A stretch of 44,122 nucleotides of DNA from an uncultured Thermoleophilia bacterium (GCA_964538465.1 CAZIGT010000002.1:1-44122); one strand, 5' to 3'; numbered from the stretch's first letter, positions 17,425 to 27,457 are shown. Made by a program: numbers and translations. The notes: generated by a model not told the origin, from the sequence alone.

Positions 17425-17451
17425 GCCGCTCGCGGGTCGGCCGCGAGCGGC
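17425..17451 (-). other. perfect 11-bp hairpin (5-nt loop) in the putative 5' UTR of the rodZ-like gene
   Basis: GCCGCTCGCGG-N5-CCGCGAGCGGC; no U tract on either strand. Confidence 0.5.
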
Positions 17452-17479
17452 TTCCAGCCGCCCCCCTCGCGCGACGACA

Positions 17480-17509
17480 AGTCTACGCGGTGCGTGAGGA
17501 GCAGGGCAA
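17480..17509 (-). promoter_or_regulatory. candidate promoter TTGCCC-18nt-TAGACT
   Basis: Sequence match only, in the 173-nt ftsK/rodZ-like spacer. Confidence 0.35.
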
Positions 17510-17586
17510 TCTGGGCGCAGAACGCGCCTCGCGGGGGTGCGTTGTGACCGTAGAGATGGGGCAGAGCCGTCCGGGCGTGCCCGATC

Positions 17587-20142
17587 TCAACCCACGTCGA
17601 CTGGAGCCTCCTCCGATGTCTCGTTCTCCTCGGAGGGCAACGGAGCACCGCGAAGCTCCGAGAGCACGCGCGGCAGGTCCTCCTCGGTGATGAGGACGCC
17701 GCGCGCTTTGCTGCCGTCGTAGCCGGAGATGATGCCGCGCTGCTCCATGATGTCGACGAGACGCCCGGCGCGTGCGTAACCTATGCGGAGGCGCCGCTGG
17801 AGCAGCGCCACGGAGGCGGCGCCCGTGTGCACGACCGTGCTGACGGCATCGGGGAGCAGCTCGTCTTCGGCGGCGCCGCCGGCACCCTCGGCGCCGCCCT
17901 CCGCCGGGCTCTCCAGCAGGTCCTGCCGGAAGTCGGGGTCGGCCTGCTGGCGCCAATGCGTGGTGATCAGCTTCATCTCGTCCGACGAGGTGAACGCCCC
18001 CTGCACGCGCAGCATGCGCAGGCTGCCGTGCGGGCTGAAGAGCATGTCGCCCTCGCCCAGCAGGCTCTCGGCGCCGCCCGTGTCGAGGATGACCCGGGAA
18101 TCCGTCTGCGAAGAGACCGCGAAGGCGATGCGAGACGGGATGTTGCTCTTGATGAGCCCGGTGATGACGTCGACCGAGGGCCGCTGCGTGGCGACCACCA
18201 TATGGACGCCGGCCCCGCGGCCCAGCTGCCCAAGCCGGGTGATGGCGCTCTCCACGTCGTTGGGCGCCACCATCATGAGGTCGGCGAGCTCATCGATGAC
18301 GAGCACGATGTATGGCAGCGGCTTCTCCCCCGCCTTCTCCCGCTTACGGTTCAGGTCACGCAGGTTCTGCGAGTTGTCGGTAGCTGCCATGAGCTCGTAG
18401 CGGCGCTCCATCTCGTGCACCACGTTCGCCAGCGCATAGCCGGCCTTGCGCATGTCCGTGACCACGGGCGTGAGCAGGTGCGGCACGCCGTCGAAATGGG
18501 AGAGTTCCACCTTCTTGGGGTCGATGAGGATGAAGCGGACCTGATCCGGTGTGGCACGCAGCAGCACGCCGCTGAGGAAGCAGTTGATACAGGCGCTCTT
18601 GCCGGAGCCCGTGGTGCCGGCGACGAGCATGTGGATGAGCTTGGTGAGGTCGGCGAGGACCGCCTTGCCGGTGATGTCCTTGCCGAGCCAGAAGGCCAGG
18701 GGCGAGGCGCCGTTGGGGAACGCGCCGTAGACGTCGCCCAAGCCGACGAAGCTGGGCTGCACGTTGGGTACCTCGACGCCTACGGCCGACTTGCCAGGGA
18801 TCGGTGCCTGAACGCGGATCTCGGTAGCAGCGAGAGCGTAGGCGAGGTCCGCCTTCAGGGACGAGACGCGGCTCACCTTCGTGCCGGGGGCGAGCTGCAG
18901 CTCGTAGCGTGTGACACGCGGGCCGGACACGTGGTTGACGACGTGCGCTTCCACGCCGAAGCTCGCGAGCGTCTGGACGAGCCTATGCGAGACCTCGTCG
19001 ATCGTATGTGGAGCCTCGCCGTGACCTACGGAGAGGGTGCGCAGGAGCGCCGGGTCCGGCGTGCTCCAGACGCGGCCGGCGCTCTCGGCGAAGGTGGGCT
19101 CCCCGCTGCCGTCGCTCTCGACGTCGGTTGCGTCAACGAGCGAGAGCTGCGCGTCGGACTCATCCCGCGCGGCATCGGCTCGCGCGAGCGGCGGCGCGGC
19201 GCTCAGCGGGCCCGGGGCGCCAGGGGAGGTCGCGGCGCCAGTGCTCGGGCGGTCCGCGTAGAGCTCGGGGACATCGCGTGCGGCGTCCACGAGTTGCGGC
19301 GCGTGAGTGCTCACGGCGGGGCCGTAGGAGGCCGCCCGCGTTTCGATGTCACTCGGGACGGCCACGGTGGCCGCTTCGTGGTCGATCGCGCGGCGACGGC
19401 GCAGGACCCGTGTCGCGGACTCGTCCGCGCCGGACGTGGACGCTGCCGCCTCTTCCCCACCGTCGCGTTGGCGTCTGCGGGCCGCGAGTGTGTCGGCTGA
19501 ACGTTTCGCGACGCGACCGGCGGCGGAGACGCCGCTGCGCGAGCGCCGCGCGAGCAACCCGAGCGAGGAGCCGGAGATGAGCAGCAGGCCGGCGACGAAG
19601 CCGGCACACACGAGGACGTTGGTGCCGGCACGCCCAAGGAGCACCCTCGTGCCGGTCCATATCGTCTCTCCGACCGCCCCGCCGTGGGTGCGCATGTAGT
19701 CGACCTGCCAGAGCTCGGCCGGGCGACGTCCCGAGAAGAGCCCGAAGCTGTCGGCCGCCGCCGCCAGCAAGAAGGCAAGGCAGATGACTATCACGCCGGC
19801 GGTGGCAGCGGGCAGAGGCCGGCGGCCCGCCCCGGCGACCGCGACGACCGCCACGTACACGAGCAGCACCGGCATGGCGTAGGTCAGAAGGCCGACGATC
19901 GTGCGGAGGATCGTCGAGAGGCCATCGCCGACGACACCGCCGCGCCAGCCGAAATACAGGACGCAGACGAGGAAGACCGCGAGCGCCACGCAGGCTATGG
20001 CCACAAGGTCGCGAGCCACTGTGGGATGCTGGCGTTCCCTGGCCCGCGCACGCTGCGGCGAGCGTGCGGGACGCTCTGAGGGACGTGACTTGCCGCGACC
20101 GGATCGGGACCGGCTGCGGCTGCTGGCTCGCGCGCTAGACAT
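17587..20142 (-). CDS. ftsK: DNA translocase FtsK
   Basis: 851 aa; N-terminal TM segments, Pro/Ala linker, motor domain with GTTGSGKS and VIDELADL, C-terminal gamma domain. Confidence 0.93.
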   Translation of the reverse strand: MSSARASSRSRSRSGRGKSRPSERPARSPQRARARERQHPTVARDLVAIACVALAVFLVCVLYFGWRGGVVGDGLSTILRTIVGLLTYAMPVLLVYVAVVAVAGAGRRPLPAATAGVIVICLAFLLAAAADSFGLFSGRRPAELWQVDYMRTHGGAVGETIWTGTRVLLGRAGTNVLVCAGFVAGLLLISGSSLGLLARRSRSGVSAAGRVAKRSADTLAARRRQRDGGEEAAASTSGADESATRVLRRRRAIDHEAATVAVPSDIETRAASYGPAVSTHAPQLVDAARDVPELYADRPSTGAATSPGAPGPLSAAPPLARADAARDESDAQLSLVDATDVESDGSGEPTFAESAGRVWSTPDPALLRTLSVGHGEAPHTIDEVSHRLVQTLASFGVEAHVVNHVSGPRVTRYELQLAPGTKVSRVSSLKADLAYALAATEIRVQAPIPGKSAVGVEVPNVQPSFVGLGDVYGAFPNGASPLAFWLGKDITGKAVLADLTKLIHMLVAGTTGSGKSACINCFLSGVLLRATPDQVRFILIDPKKVELSHFDGVPHLLTPVVTDMRKAGYALANVVHEMERRYELMAATDNSQNLRDLNRKREKAGEKPLPYIVLVIDELADLMMVAPNDVESAITRLGQLGRGAGVHMVVATQRPSVDVITGLIKSNIPSRIAFAVSSQTDSRVILDTGGAESLLGEGDMLFSPHGSLRMLRVQGAFTSSDEMKLITTHWRQQADPDFRQDLLESPAEGGAEGAGGAAEDELLPDAVSTVVHTGAASVALLQRRLRIGYARAGRLVDIMEQRGIISGYDGSKARGVLITEEDLPRVLSELRGAPLPSEENETSEEAPVDVG

Positions 20143-20187
20143 GTCGCTGTGGGGTTTCGACGCGGGGCGTCTCTTCCCTATGCGCGC

Positions 20188-21852
20188 TCAGACCTCCACG
20201 ACGACCGGCAGGACGAGCGGCTGGCGTCGCGTGCGCTTGTAGATGAAGCGCCCCAGGACCTCGTCGATATCTTCCTGGAGCAGCCGCTGGCCGGTGATGT
20301 GCTCTGAGGCCGACTCGGTAAGGCGATCAACCAGTTCCGCGCGTGCCTCCGCCAGCAGTTCGGCCTCATGCTCCTCGTCGTACAGCATGCCGCGGGCAAC
20401 GAGCTCGGGCTCGGCGAGCAACTCGCCGGTCTGCACGCTGACGGTGACGACGGCGATGAGGATGCCATCCTCGGAGAGCCGCTGCCTGTCGCGCATGACC
20501 ACGTGCTCGGAGTCGCCGATCTCGAGGCCGTCCACGAACATCATCCCGGCACGGACCTTGTCGACGACGGCTGCCGTCTCGTCGTCGATCTCGAGGACGT
20601 CGCCGTTCTCGAGGATGAAGACGCGGTCGTCCGGCACGCCGGTCTGACGCGCGAGGTCGGCATGCATGTGCTGATGCCGATACTCGCCGTGCACCGGGAC
20701 GAAGTAGCGGGGCTTGACGAGGTTGATGAGCATGCGCTGGTCTTCGCGGGCGGCATGACCGGAGACGTGTACCCCGGTTGACGGACCGTAGATGACGCGC
20801 GCCCCGCTCTTCAGCAGCCTGTTGACCGTGTTCATGACGCTGACCTCGTTGCCGGGCACCGGCTTGGCCGAGATTACAACGGTGTCGCCGCTGCGCAGCT
20901 CGACCTGAGGGTGGTCGTCATAGGCCATGCGTGTGAGCGCCGAGAGCGGCTCCCCCTGACTGCCCGTAGTGAGGATGAGCAGTTGGTCCGGGTCGTGCTC
21001 GTCGATATCGGCGAGCTTGATCATGGCCCCCTCCGGCACCTTGAGGTAGCCCAGGTTGCGGGCGATGTTCACATTCTTCACCATCGAGCGGCCGGCGACG
21101 GCGAACTTGCGGCCGTGCAGGTGCGCTATCTGCACGGCTTGCTGGATGCGATGGATGTGGCTGGCGAAGCTGGCCATGATCACGCGGCCCTCGGCTTCGG
21201 CGAAGATCTGATGGAAGGCGTGTCCCACCTGGCTCTCCGAACCGGTGGAGCCTTCGACCTCCGCGTTCGTGGAGTCCGCCAGCAACGCGAGGACTCCCTG
21301 GTCTCCGAGTGCCGCGAACTTGCCGATCTCGGTGATGCGACCGTCTATGGGCGTATGATCGAACTTGTAGTCGCCGGAGGCGACCACCGCACCCAGCGGC
21401 GTGTCGATGAGAACGCTGAGCGCGTCGGGGACGCTGTGCGTGACGGCGGCGAACGCCACGTCGAACGGATCGAGGTGGAGGCGCGAGTCCGGGCCCACCT
21501 CGGTGAGGTCTGCCTCGCGCAGGATGCCGTGCTCGTCGAGCTTCGACTTCGCCAGTGCCAGGGTGAGCCGGCTGGCATAGACGGGGATCTGGATCTCTTT
21601 GAGAACGAACGGCAACGCGCCGTGATGGTCCTCGTGCCCGTGCGTGACGATGATGCCGAGGATGTCGTCGCGTCGTGAGCGCAAGTAGGTGATGTCTGGA
21701 AGGATGAGGTCGATGCCCGGCATCTCGTCGCGCGGGAACGCGAGTCCGCAGTCTATGACGAGGATCTTCCCCCGGCACTCGATCAGGGTCATGTTCTTGC
21801 CGATCTCGCCGAGACCGCCGAGAGGGATGATGCGTACGGTATCGGTGGTCAT
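20188..21852 (-). CDS. rnj: ribonuclease J
   Basis: 554 aa; metallo-beta-lactamase HGHEDHHG, beta-CASP, C-terminal domain; ATG overlaps the dapA stop (ATGA). Confidence 0.93.
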   Translation of the reverse strand: MTTDTVRIIPLGGLGEIGKNMTLIECRGKILVIDCGLAFPRDEMPGIDLILPDITYLRSRRDDILGIIVTHGHEDHHGALPFVLKEIQIPVYASRLTLALAKSKLDEHGILREADLTEVGPDSRLHLDPFDVAFAAVTHSVPDALSVLIDTPLGAVVASGDYKFDHTPIDGRITEIGKFAALGDQGVLALLADSTNAEVEGSTGSESQVGHAFHQIFAEAEGRVIMASFASHIHRIQQAVQIAHLHGRKFAVAGRSMVKNVNIARNLGYLKVPEGAMIKLADIDEHDPDQLLILTTGSQGEPLSALTRMAYDDHPQVELRSGDTVVISAKPVPGNEVSVMNTVNRLLKSGARVIYGPSTGVHVSGHAAREDQRMLINLVKPRYFVPVHGEYRHQHMHADLARQTGVPDDRVFILENGDVLEIDDETAAVVDKVRAGMMFVDGLEIGDSEHVVMRDRQRLSEDGILIAVVTVSVQTGELLAEPELVARGMLYDEEHEAELLAEARAELVDRLTESASEHITGQRLLQEDIDEVLGRFIYKRTRRQPLVLPVVVEV

Positions 21853-22727
21853 AGGAGACCCTGCCGCTGGAGCTCGGCGCGCAGCGCAGCACGCTCCTCG
21901 TCGTCGGCCGCCACGAGGGGCGGGCGCAGCCCGCCCACACGGCGGCCGAGCATGTTGAGCGCTGCCTTCACGAGGATCGGATTGCTTGTGGCGAAGAGGG
22001 CCGCATAGAGGGGGCGGAGAGCGGCGTCTAGGCTGCCGGCCTCTTCACTGCGGCCCCCACCGGCCAGGCGCGCGACCTCCGCCATCCTGCTTCCCACCAG
22101 GTGGCTCGACACACAGATGCCTCCGAGGCCGCCCATGCTGACGATGTCGAGAAGCATGTCGTCGTTCCCCGCGTAGATGCCGATGTCGCAGAGCTGGCGG
22201 AGGCGGCGCGATTCCTCGAGGTCGGGGTTGGCCTGCTTGACGGCGACGATGTTGTCGACCGATGCGAGATCCGCCAGGAGCTCGGGAGGCAGGTTCACCA
22301 CGCAGCGCGACGGGATGTTGTAGACGATGACGGGCAGGCTGGTGGCCGCTGCGACCGTGCGGAAGTGCAGGAGAAGGCCGCGCGCTGGCGGCTTGTTGTA
22401 GTAGGGCGTGACCACCAGCACGGCGTCTACACCGGCACGCTCGGCCCGACGGGTGAGCTCCACACTGTGGGCAGTGTCGTTGGACCCGGTGCCCGCGACT
22501 ACGGTGCCGCGTCCGCGGGCCACCCCGACGACCGAGCGGAACACGCGCTCTTTCTCGTCGTCGCTGAGCGTGGCCGACTCGCCGGTGGTCCCGGCGACCA
22601 CCAGGCCATCAGAGCCGGACGCCAGCAGGTGGTCGGCAAGGCTTTCGAGTGCGGCCTCGTCGAGAGATAGGTCGTCGGCGAACGGCGTGACCATGGCGGT
22701 GAGGATGGTGCCCAGGCTGTCAGTCAT
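21849..22727 (-). CDS. dapA: 4-hydroxy-tetrahydrodipicolinate synthase
   Basis: TAMVTPF, GTTGESATLS, DapA-family fold; ATG 22727 chosen (SD GGGAG) over GTG 22748. Confidence 0.9.
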   Translation of the reverse strand: MTDSLGTILTAMVTPFADDLSLDEAALESLADHLLASGSDGLVVAGTTGESATLSDDEKERVFRSVVGVARGRGTVVAGTGSNDTAHSVELTRRAERAGVDAVLVVTPYYNKPPARGLLLHFRTVAAATSLPVIVYNIPSRCVVNLPPELLADLASVDNIVAVKQANPDLEESRRLRQLCDIGIYAGNDDMLLDIVSMGGLGGICVSSHLVGSRMAEVARLAGGGRSEEAGSLDAALRPLYAALFATSNPILVKAALNMLGRRVGGLRPPLVAADDEERAALRAELQRQGLL

Positions 22728-22782
22728 CTCGGCATCTCCCGGATGCACAGGTGCAGGACTCGACGGGAGGCGGCCAGGCCGA

Positions 22783-23613
22783 TCACGTCAGAAGGTGCTC
22801 CAAGCCTACCACGGTGCCGGGCAGGCTCCCGACGTGACGCAGCGCCAGGAGGACGCCGGGCATGAACGACTCTCGCGAGGTGGAATCGTGGCGGATGGCG
22901 AGGGTCTCGCCTGAACCACCGAACAGCACCTCCTGATGGGCTACAACGCCGGGCAGGCGGACGCTGTGGATGTGCACGCCGTCCGCATCCAGCCCGCGGG
23001 AAGGCTGCGCGGAGACAGCAGCAGGGCTGCCGGCCGACTCGGCGGCGTCCGCTCCAGTGGGTGCGAGCAGCGATCCCGGCGCCTCGCGCATGAGGTGGGC
23101 AGTGCGAAGAGCGGTGCTCGACGGAGCGTCGATCTTCCCAGCGTGATGAAGCTCCACGATCTCTGCCGCGGCATAGAACCGCGCGGCATCCTGAGCGAAG
23201 CGCATGAGGAGGACCGCGCCGAGAGCGAAGTTCGGCGCTATGAAGAGATGGGCGCCGGCGGCGGCGCGCACGGCGTCGAGCTCGGCGATCTGGTCGCTCG
23301 CGAGTCCGCTGGTGCCGACGACGGCGTCGACTCCGCCTGCCAGCACCGCGCGCACCGTGTCGAAGGCCTGCGAAGGCACGGTGAAATCGACGGCTGCGTC
23401 GACGCTGGCGGCCGCGAGCGCGGCCTCGACCGTGGCGAAGCGCGGCACGGCGCCCGTGCTCGAGCCTGCCGGCGACCCAGTAGACGCTTCGCCCTCGAAC
23501 GCCGGATCGACAAGCGCCACGAGCCGCATGTCCGGCTGCTCCGCCACGGTGGCGGCGGTGATCGACCCCATGCGACCGGCGGCCCCCACGACCATCACCC
23601 GCAACTCGCTCAC
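22783..23613 (-). CDS. dapB: 4-hydroxy-tetrahydrodipicolinate reductase
   Basis: VMVVGAAGRMG dinucleotide fold, EIVELHHAGKIDAPSSTA; ORF-track start 24090 trimmed to GTG 23613, overlapping the M16 stop (GTGA). Confidence 0.88.
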   Translation of the reverse strand: MSELRVMVVGAAGRMGSITAATVAEQPDMRLVALVDPAFEGEASTGSPAGSSTGAVPRFATVEAALAAASVDAAVDFTVPSQAFDTVRAVLAGGVDAVVGTSGLASDQIAELDAVRAAAGAHLFIAPNFALGAVLLMRFAQDAARFYAAAEIVELHHAGKIDAPSSTALRTAHLMREAPGSLLAPTGADAAESAGSPAAVSAQPSRGLDADGVHIHSVRLPGVVAHQEVLFGGSGETLAIRHDSTSRESFMPGVLLALRHVGSLPGTVVGLEHLLT

Positions 23614-24953
23614 GGCGCTCCGCCCTTCTGCCATTCGAAATCGGCCGTGACGGCTCGGAACGCGCTCTCGTCGGGGCCTATGCAGACGGCCGACCATTGC
23701 GCGGGGTCGTAGATGGCCCGCGCCACCTGACACACCTCCTCCGGCGTGACCGCGTCGATGCGCGCCAGCATCTCGTCGACCGTGAGAACAGGCATGTCGT
23801 AGAGCACAGCGCGCCCGAGTGACTGCATGCGCGACTGCGGGCTCTCCATGCTGAGGACCAGCTGGCCCTTGAGGTGCTTCTTGGCACGCGCGATGTCTTC
23901 CTCCGACACGCCGCGTGAGACGTCCTGCAGTTCCTCGAGGATGACCTTCATGGCTTCGTCGAGCGCTTCCGGGCGTGAGCCGAAGTAGATGCCGGCCATG
24001 CCGGTGTCCGAATACAGCGACGTGTACGAGTAGACCGAGTAGGCGAGCCCGCGCTCGTCGCGCACCTCCTGGAAGAGTCGCGAGCTCCACGAACCGCCGA
24101 GCACGGTGTCTATGACGAACAGCGCGTAGCGGCGGGGGTCGTCGCGACGCAGGGCGCGGGCGCCCAGGCAGACGTGATACTGCTCGGTGTCCTTCTGCAC
24201 GAACGAGGCCACGCGATGCTCCGGCGGACGGCAGGTCGACGGAGGTGCCGCCTCGCCTGCTGGCAGGGCCGCGAACAGCTCGTCTGTGAGCTCACTGATA
24301 CGCTCGTGCTCGACGTGCCCGGCGGCCGCCACCACGATGGCTGGCCGTACGTAGTGGCCGCGGTGGTAGGTCCCCACGGAGACGAGATCCTGAGCCTGTA
24401 GCGTCTCCGCCCGGCCGATGATCGGGCGTCCCAGCGGGTGCGCGCCGAAGACCGCCTCGGTGAGGTGGTCGTGGACGAGCTCAGGCGGGGAGTCCTCGTA
24501 CATCGCCACCTCTTCGAGTACGACCTCGCGCTCGGCGTCGAGGTTGGCGAATGATGGCCGCACGACCATCTCGGAGATGACGCTGCACGCCTGTTCGAGG
24601 TCGTCGTCGAGACAGCGCGCGTACACCACCGTGTGTTCCTTCGAGGTGGACGCGTTGGGCTCACCGCCCATCTCGTCGAAGATGCGCGCGATGTCGTAGG
24701 CGCTGTAGCGGTCCGAACCCTTGAAGAGCAGGTGCTCGATGAAATGCGAGATGCCCGCCTGCTCCGGTGGCTCGGATCGCGACCCCGAGGCCACCCATAC
24801 GCCCAGAGCCACCGACCGGACTCCGTCCAGCCGTTCGCTGGCTACGCGCAGTCCGTTCGGCAGTTCCGAGACCTGGAAGGCGTTCGTGGCCCGCCCCCTC
24901 CCGTCAGGCGTTGCTTTCGGGGAGCTTGAGAGGCTTGAGCCCGATGCGGCCAC
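23610..24953 (-). CDS. M16 family zinc peptidase (insulinase-like)
   Basis: HxxEH site GISHFIEHLLFKG, LPNGLRV N-terminus; start ambiguous (GTG 24953 or 24995 overlap pnp; no ATG/GTG/TTG after the pnp stop). Confidence 0.8.
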   Translation of the reverse strand: MAASGSSLSSSPKATPDGRGRATNAFQVSELPNGLRVASERLDGVRSVALGVWVASGSRSEPPEQAGISHFIEHLLFKGSDRYSAYDIARIFDEMGGEPNASTSKEHTVVYARCLDDDLEQACSVISEMVVRPSFANLDAEREVVLEEVAMYEDSPPELVHDHLTEAVFGAHPLGRPIIGRAETLQAQDLVSVGTYHRGHYVRPAIVVAAAGHVEHERISELTDELFAALPAGEAAPPSTCRPPEHRVASFVQKDTEQYHVCLGARALRRDDPRRYALFVIDTVLGGSWSSRLFQEVRDERGLAYSVYSYTSLYSDTGMAGIYFGSRPEALDEAMKVILEELQDVSRGVSEEDIARAKKHLKGQLVLSMESPQSRMQSLGRAVLYDMPVLTVDEMLARIDAVTPEEVCQVARAIYDPAQWSAVCIGPDESAFRAVTADFEWQKGGAP

Positions 24954-27006
24954 GTGCCTTGTCCACTTCGACGACCTCGACGGTGACCACGTCACCGCGA
25001 TTCACAACGTCCTCCACCTTGTCTACGCGGCCCTTCTTGCCGAGCTGTGAGATGTGGATAAGGCCGTCGGTGCCCTTCTTGAGCTCGACGAAGGCCCCGA
25101 ACGTGGTGGTCTTGACGACGCGGCCGGTGTAGACGTCGCCGACCTCGATATCCTTGGTCATCGAGGTGATGCGATCGATGACGGCCTGTGCCGCCGCGTT
25201 GTCCGGTGCGCAGATGAATATCGTGCCGTCGTCTTCGATGTCGATGCTGGCGTCGAACTCCTCTGTCATGCCGCGGATCGTCTCGCCGCCCTTGCCGATG
25301 ACGAGGCCGATCTGATCCGGGTTGATCTGGATGGTGAAGATGCGCGGCGCGTACTCCGAAAGCTCGGGTCGTGGCTCCGGAAGAACCTCGAGCATCTTGT
25401 CGAGGATGAACAGCCGGCCGCGCTTGGCCTGCTCGAGCGCCTGACGCAGGATGGCGAACGTGACGCCGCCGATCTTGATGTCCATCTGCAAGGCCGTGAT
25501 GCCGGCGGCCGTGCCGGCGACCTTGAAGTCCATGTCGCCCAGATGGTCCTCGACCCCAGCGATGTCTGTGAGGACCACGTAGTCGTCGCCTTCCTTGATG
25601 AGGCCCATGGCCACGCCGGCCACCGGGGACTTGATGGGCACACCGGCGTCCATGAGGCTGAGAGTGGAGCCGCAGACGCTCGCCATGGAGGACGACCCGT
25701 TGCTCTCCAAGATCTCGCTGACCAGCCGCACCGTGTAGGGAAACTCCTCGGCGGGCGGGATCATGGGACGGAGGGCGCGCTCGGCAAGCGCGCCGTGGCC
25801 GATGTCCCGGCGCTTGGGGCCGCGCATGAAGCCGGTCTCGCCGACCGAGAAGGGCGGGAAGTTGTAGTGGTGCATGTAGCGCTTCGAGTCCTCGATGCTG
25901 ATGTCGTCGATGCGCTGTTGCTCACCGGCCGCACCCAGCGTGGTGAGTGTGAGGGCCTGCGTCTCGCCACGCGTGAAGAGGGCGCTGCCGTGGGTGCGCG
26001 GGACGACGCCGACCTGGCAGGTGATGGGCCGGATCTCGTCGGTGGAGCGACCGTCTGGGCGGCGCTTCTCGACGGCGATGCGCCGCCTGATCGTGTCCTT
26101 CTCCACCTGGCTGAAGGCGCGGCGGATCTGGGCGACGCGCTCCGCCTCTGGTTCCTCTCCGCCGAGTTCCACGATGGCGGTGTTGCGCAGCGCGGAGATG
26201 GCCTCCTGCCGCTCCAGCTTGCCGCCTTCGAGCTGCGTGACGCGGTCGATCTCGGCGCCATAGCGAGAGATGACCTCAGCGAGGACGCCTTCATCGACCG
26301 TCCAGGGCTCGACGGACCACTTGGGCTTGCCTGCCTTGCGCTGCAGGTCGAGCTGCAGGTCGACGAGCTTGCGGATCTCGGCGTGCGCCACCTCGAGAGC
26401 CTCGAGGATCGTCTCCTCCGAGACCTCCTTGGCGCCGGCTTCCACCATGACGATGGCATCGGCGCTGCCGCTGACGACGAGGTCGAGGTCGCTCTCCTCG
26501 GCCTCTTCGAGGGCCGGGTTCACCACGAGCTTGCCGTCGACGAGCGCCACACGGACGGCGCCGAGCGGCCCGTTGAACGGGATCTCACTGATGGTGAGAG
26601 CCGCCGAGGCGCCGACCATGGCCAGCACGTCGTGAGCGTTCTCGTGGTCCACCGACAGCACGGTGGCGACCACTTGGACCTCGTTCAGGAAACCCTTCGG
26701 GAAGAGCGGCCGGATGGGTCGGTCGATCTGGCGCGCGGTCAACGTGGCCTTCTCGCTGGGGCGTGCCTCGCGCTTGAAGAAGCCGCCGGGGATCTTGCCG
26801 GCGGCGTACATGCGCTCTTCCACGTCTACCGTGAGCGGGAAGAAGTCCGCCTGTTCGCGGGCTTCCGGACGGGCGGTGGCGGTGACGAGCACCATGGTGT
26901 CGCCGCAGCGAACGACGACGGCGCCGTTCGCCTGCTTGGCCATACGGCCCGTTTCGAGCGAGATCGGCTGACCGCCGATCTCGGTCTCGACAGTGATCAT
27001 CTCCAT
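24904..27006 (-). CDS. pnp: polyribonucleotide nucleotidyltransferase (PNPase)
   Basis: 700 aa; two RNase PH domains, KH and S1 C-terminus; alternative ATG at 27000. Confidence 0.95.
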   Translation of the reverse strand: MEMITVETEIGGQPISLETGRMAKQANGAVVVRCGDTMVLVTATARPEAREQADFFPLTVDVEERMYAAGKIPGGFFKREARPSEKATLTARQIDRPIRPLFPKGFLNEVQVVATVLSVDHENAHDVLAMVGASAALTISEIPFNGPLGAVRVALVDGKLVVNPALEEAEESDLDLVVSGSADAIVMVEAGAKEVSEETILEALEVAHAEIRKLVDLQLDLQRKAGKPKWSVEPWTVDEGVLAEVISRYGAEIDRVTQLEGGKLERQEAISALRNTAIVELGGEEPEAERVAQIRRAFSQVEKDTIRRRIAVEKRRPDGRSTDEIRPITCQVGVVPRTHGSALFTRGETQALTLTTLGAAGEQQRIDDISIEDSKRYMHHYNFPPFSVGETGFMRGPKRRDIGHGALAERALRPMIPPAEEFPYTVRLVSEILESNGSSSMASVCGSTLSLMDAGVPIKSPVAGVAMGLIKEGDDYVVLTDIAGVEDHLGDMDFKVAGTAAGITALQMDIKIGGVTFAILRQALEQAKRGRLFILDKMLEVLPEPRPELSEYAPRIFTIQINPDQIGLVIGKGGETIRGMTEEFDASIDIEDDGTIFICAPDNAAAQAVIDRITSMTKDIEVGDVYTGRVVKTTTFGAFVELKKGTDGLIHISQLGKKGRVDKVEDVVNRGDVVTVEVVEVDKARGRIGLKPLKLPESNA

Positions 27007-27024
27007 GACCTTCGAGTCCCTTCA

Positions 27025-27048
27025 GCCGGACGTCCGGGACGCTCCGGC
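27025..27048 (-). promoter_or_regulatory. pnp leader stem-loop
   Basis: Minus strand GCCGGA-G-CGT-CCCGG-ACG-TCCGGC (9 bp, one bulge), ~20 nt upstream of the pnp start; position analogous to autoregulatory pnp leaders. Confidence 0.4.
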
Positions 27049-27061
27049 CATAGTGGGGTGG

Positions 27062-27091
27062 ATGCTAGAGAGTCGCCTGGGCGGCTCTCAA
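27062..27091 (-). promoter_or_regulatory. candidate pnp promoter TTGAGA-18nt-TAGCAT
   Basis: Sequence match only, in the 100-nt rpsO-pnp spacer; overlaps a GAGAG..CTCTC hairpin. Confidence 0.3.
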
Positions 27092-27106
27092 CAGGACGGT
27101 GCGTGC

Positions 27107-27385
27107 TTACTTGCGCAGCTCGAGCTGCTTGACGATGGCGCGGTAGCGCTCCATGTCGCTGGCCTGCAAGTAGTTGAGCAGGCGGCGACGCTGGCCGACC
27201 ATCTTGAGCAGGCCGCGGCGCGAATGGTGGTCTTTCTTGTGCGTCTTGAGATGCGCGGTGAGGCTGTCGATGCGGCGCGTGAGAAGCGCGATCTGGACCT
27301 CTGGAGACCCCGTGTCGCCGTCGTGCTTGGCGAACTTGGCGATGATCTCCTGTTTCTCTTCGGTTGCCAGTGCCAGTGGAACCAC
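27107..27385 (-). CDS. rpsO: 30S ribosomal protein S15
   Basis: [28 protein letters not shown]; annotated GTG abuts GGAG, see finding on start context. Confidence 0.93.
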   Translation of the reverse strand: MVPLALATEEKQEIIAKFAKHDGDTGSPEVQIALLTRRIDSLTAHLKTHKKDHHSRRGLLKMVGQRRRLLNYLQASDMERYRAIVKQLELRK

Positions 27386-27457
27386 CTCCAGTACAGTGTC
27401 CGGTACCCCAGTGACAGGTCGGCAGCCTGAGACCGAGGAGCCGGTCGAGCGCGCGTA

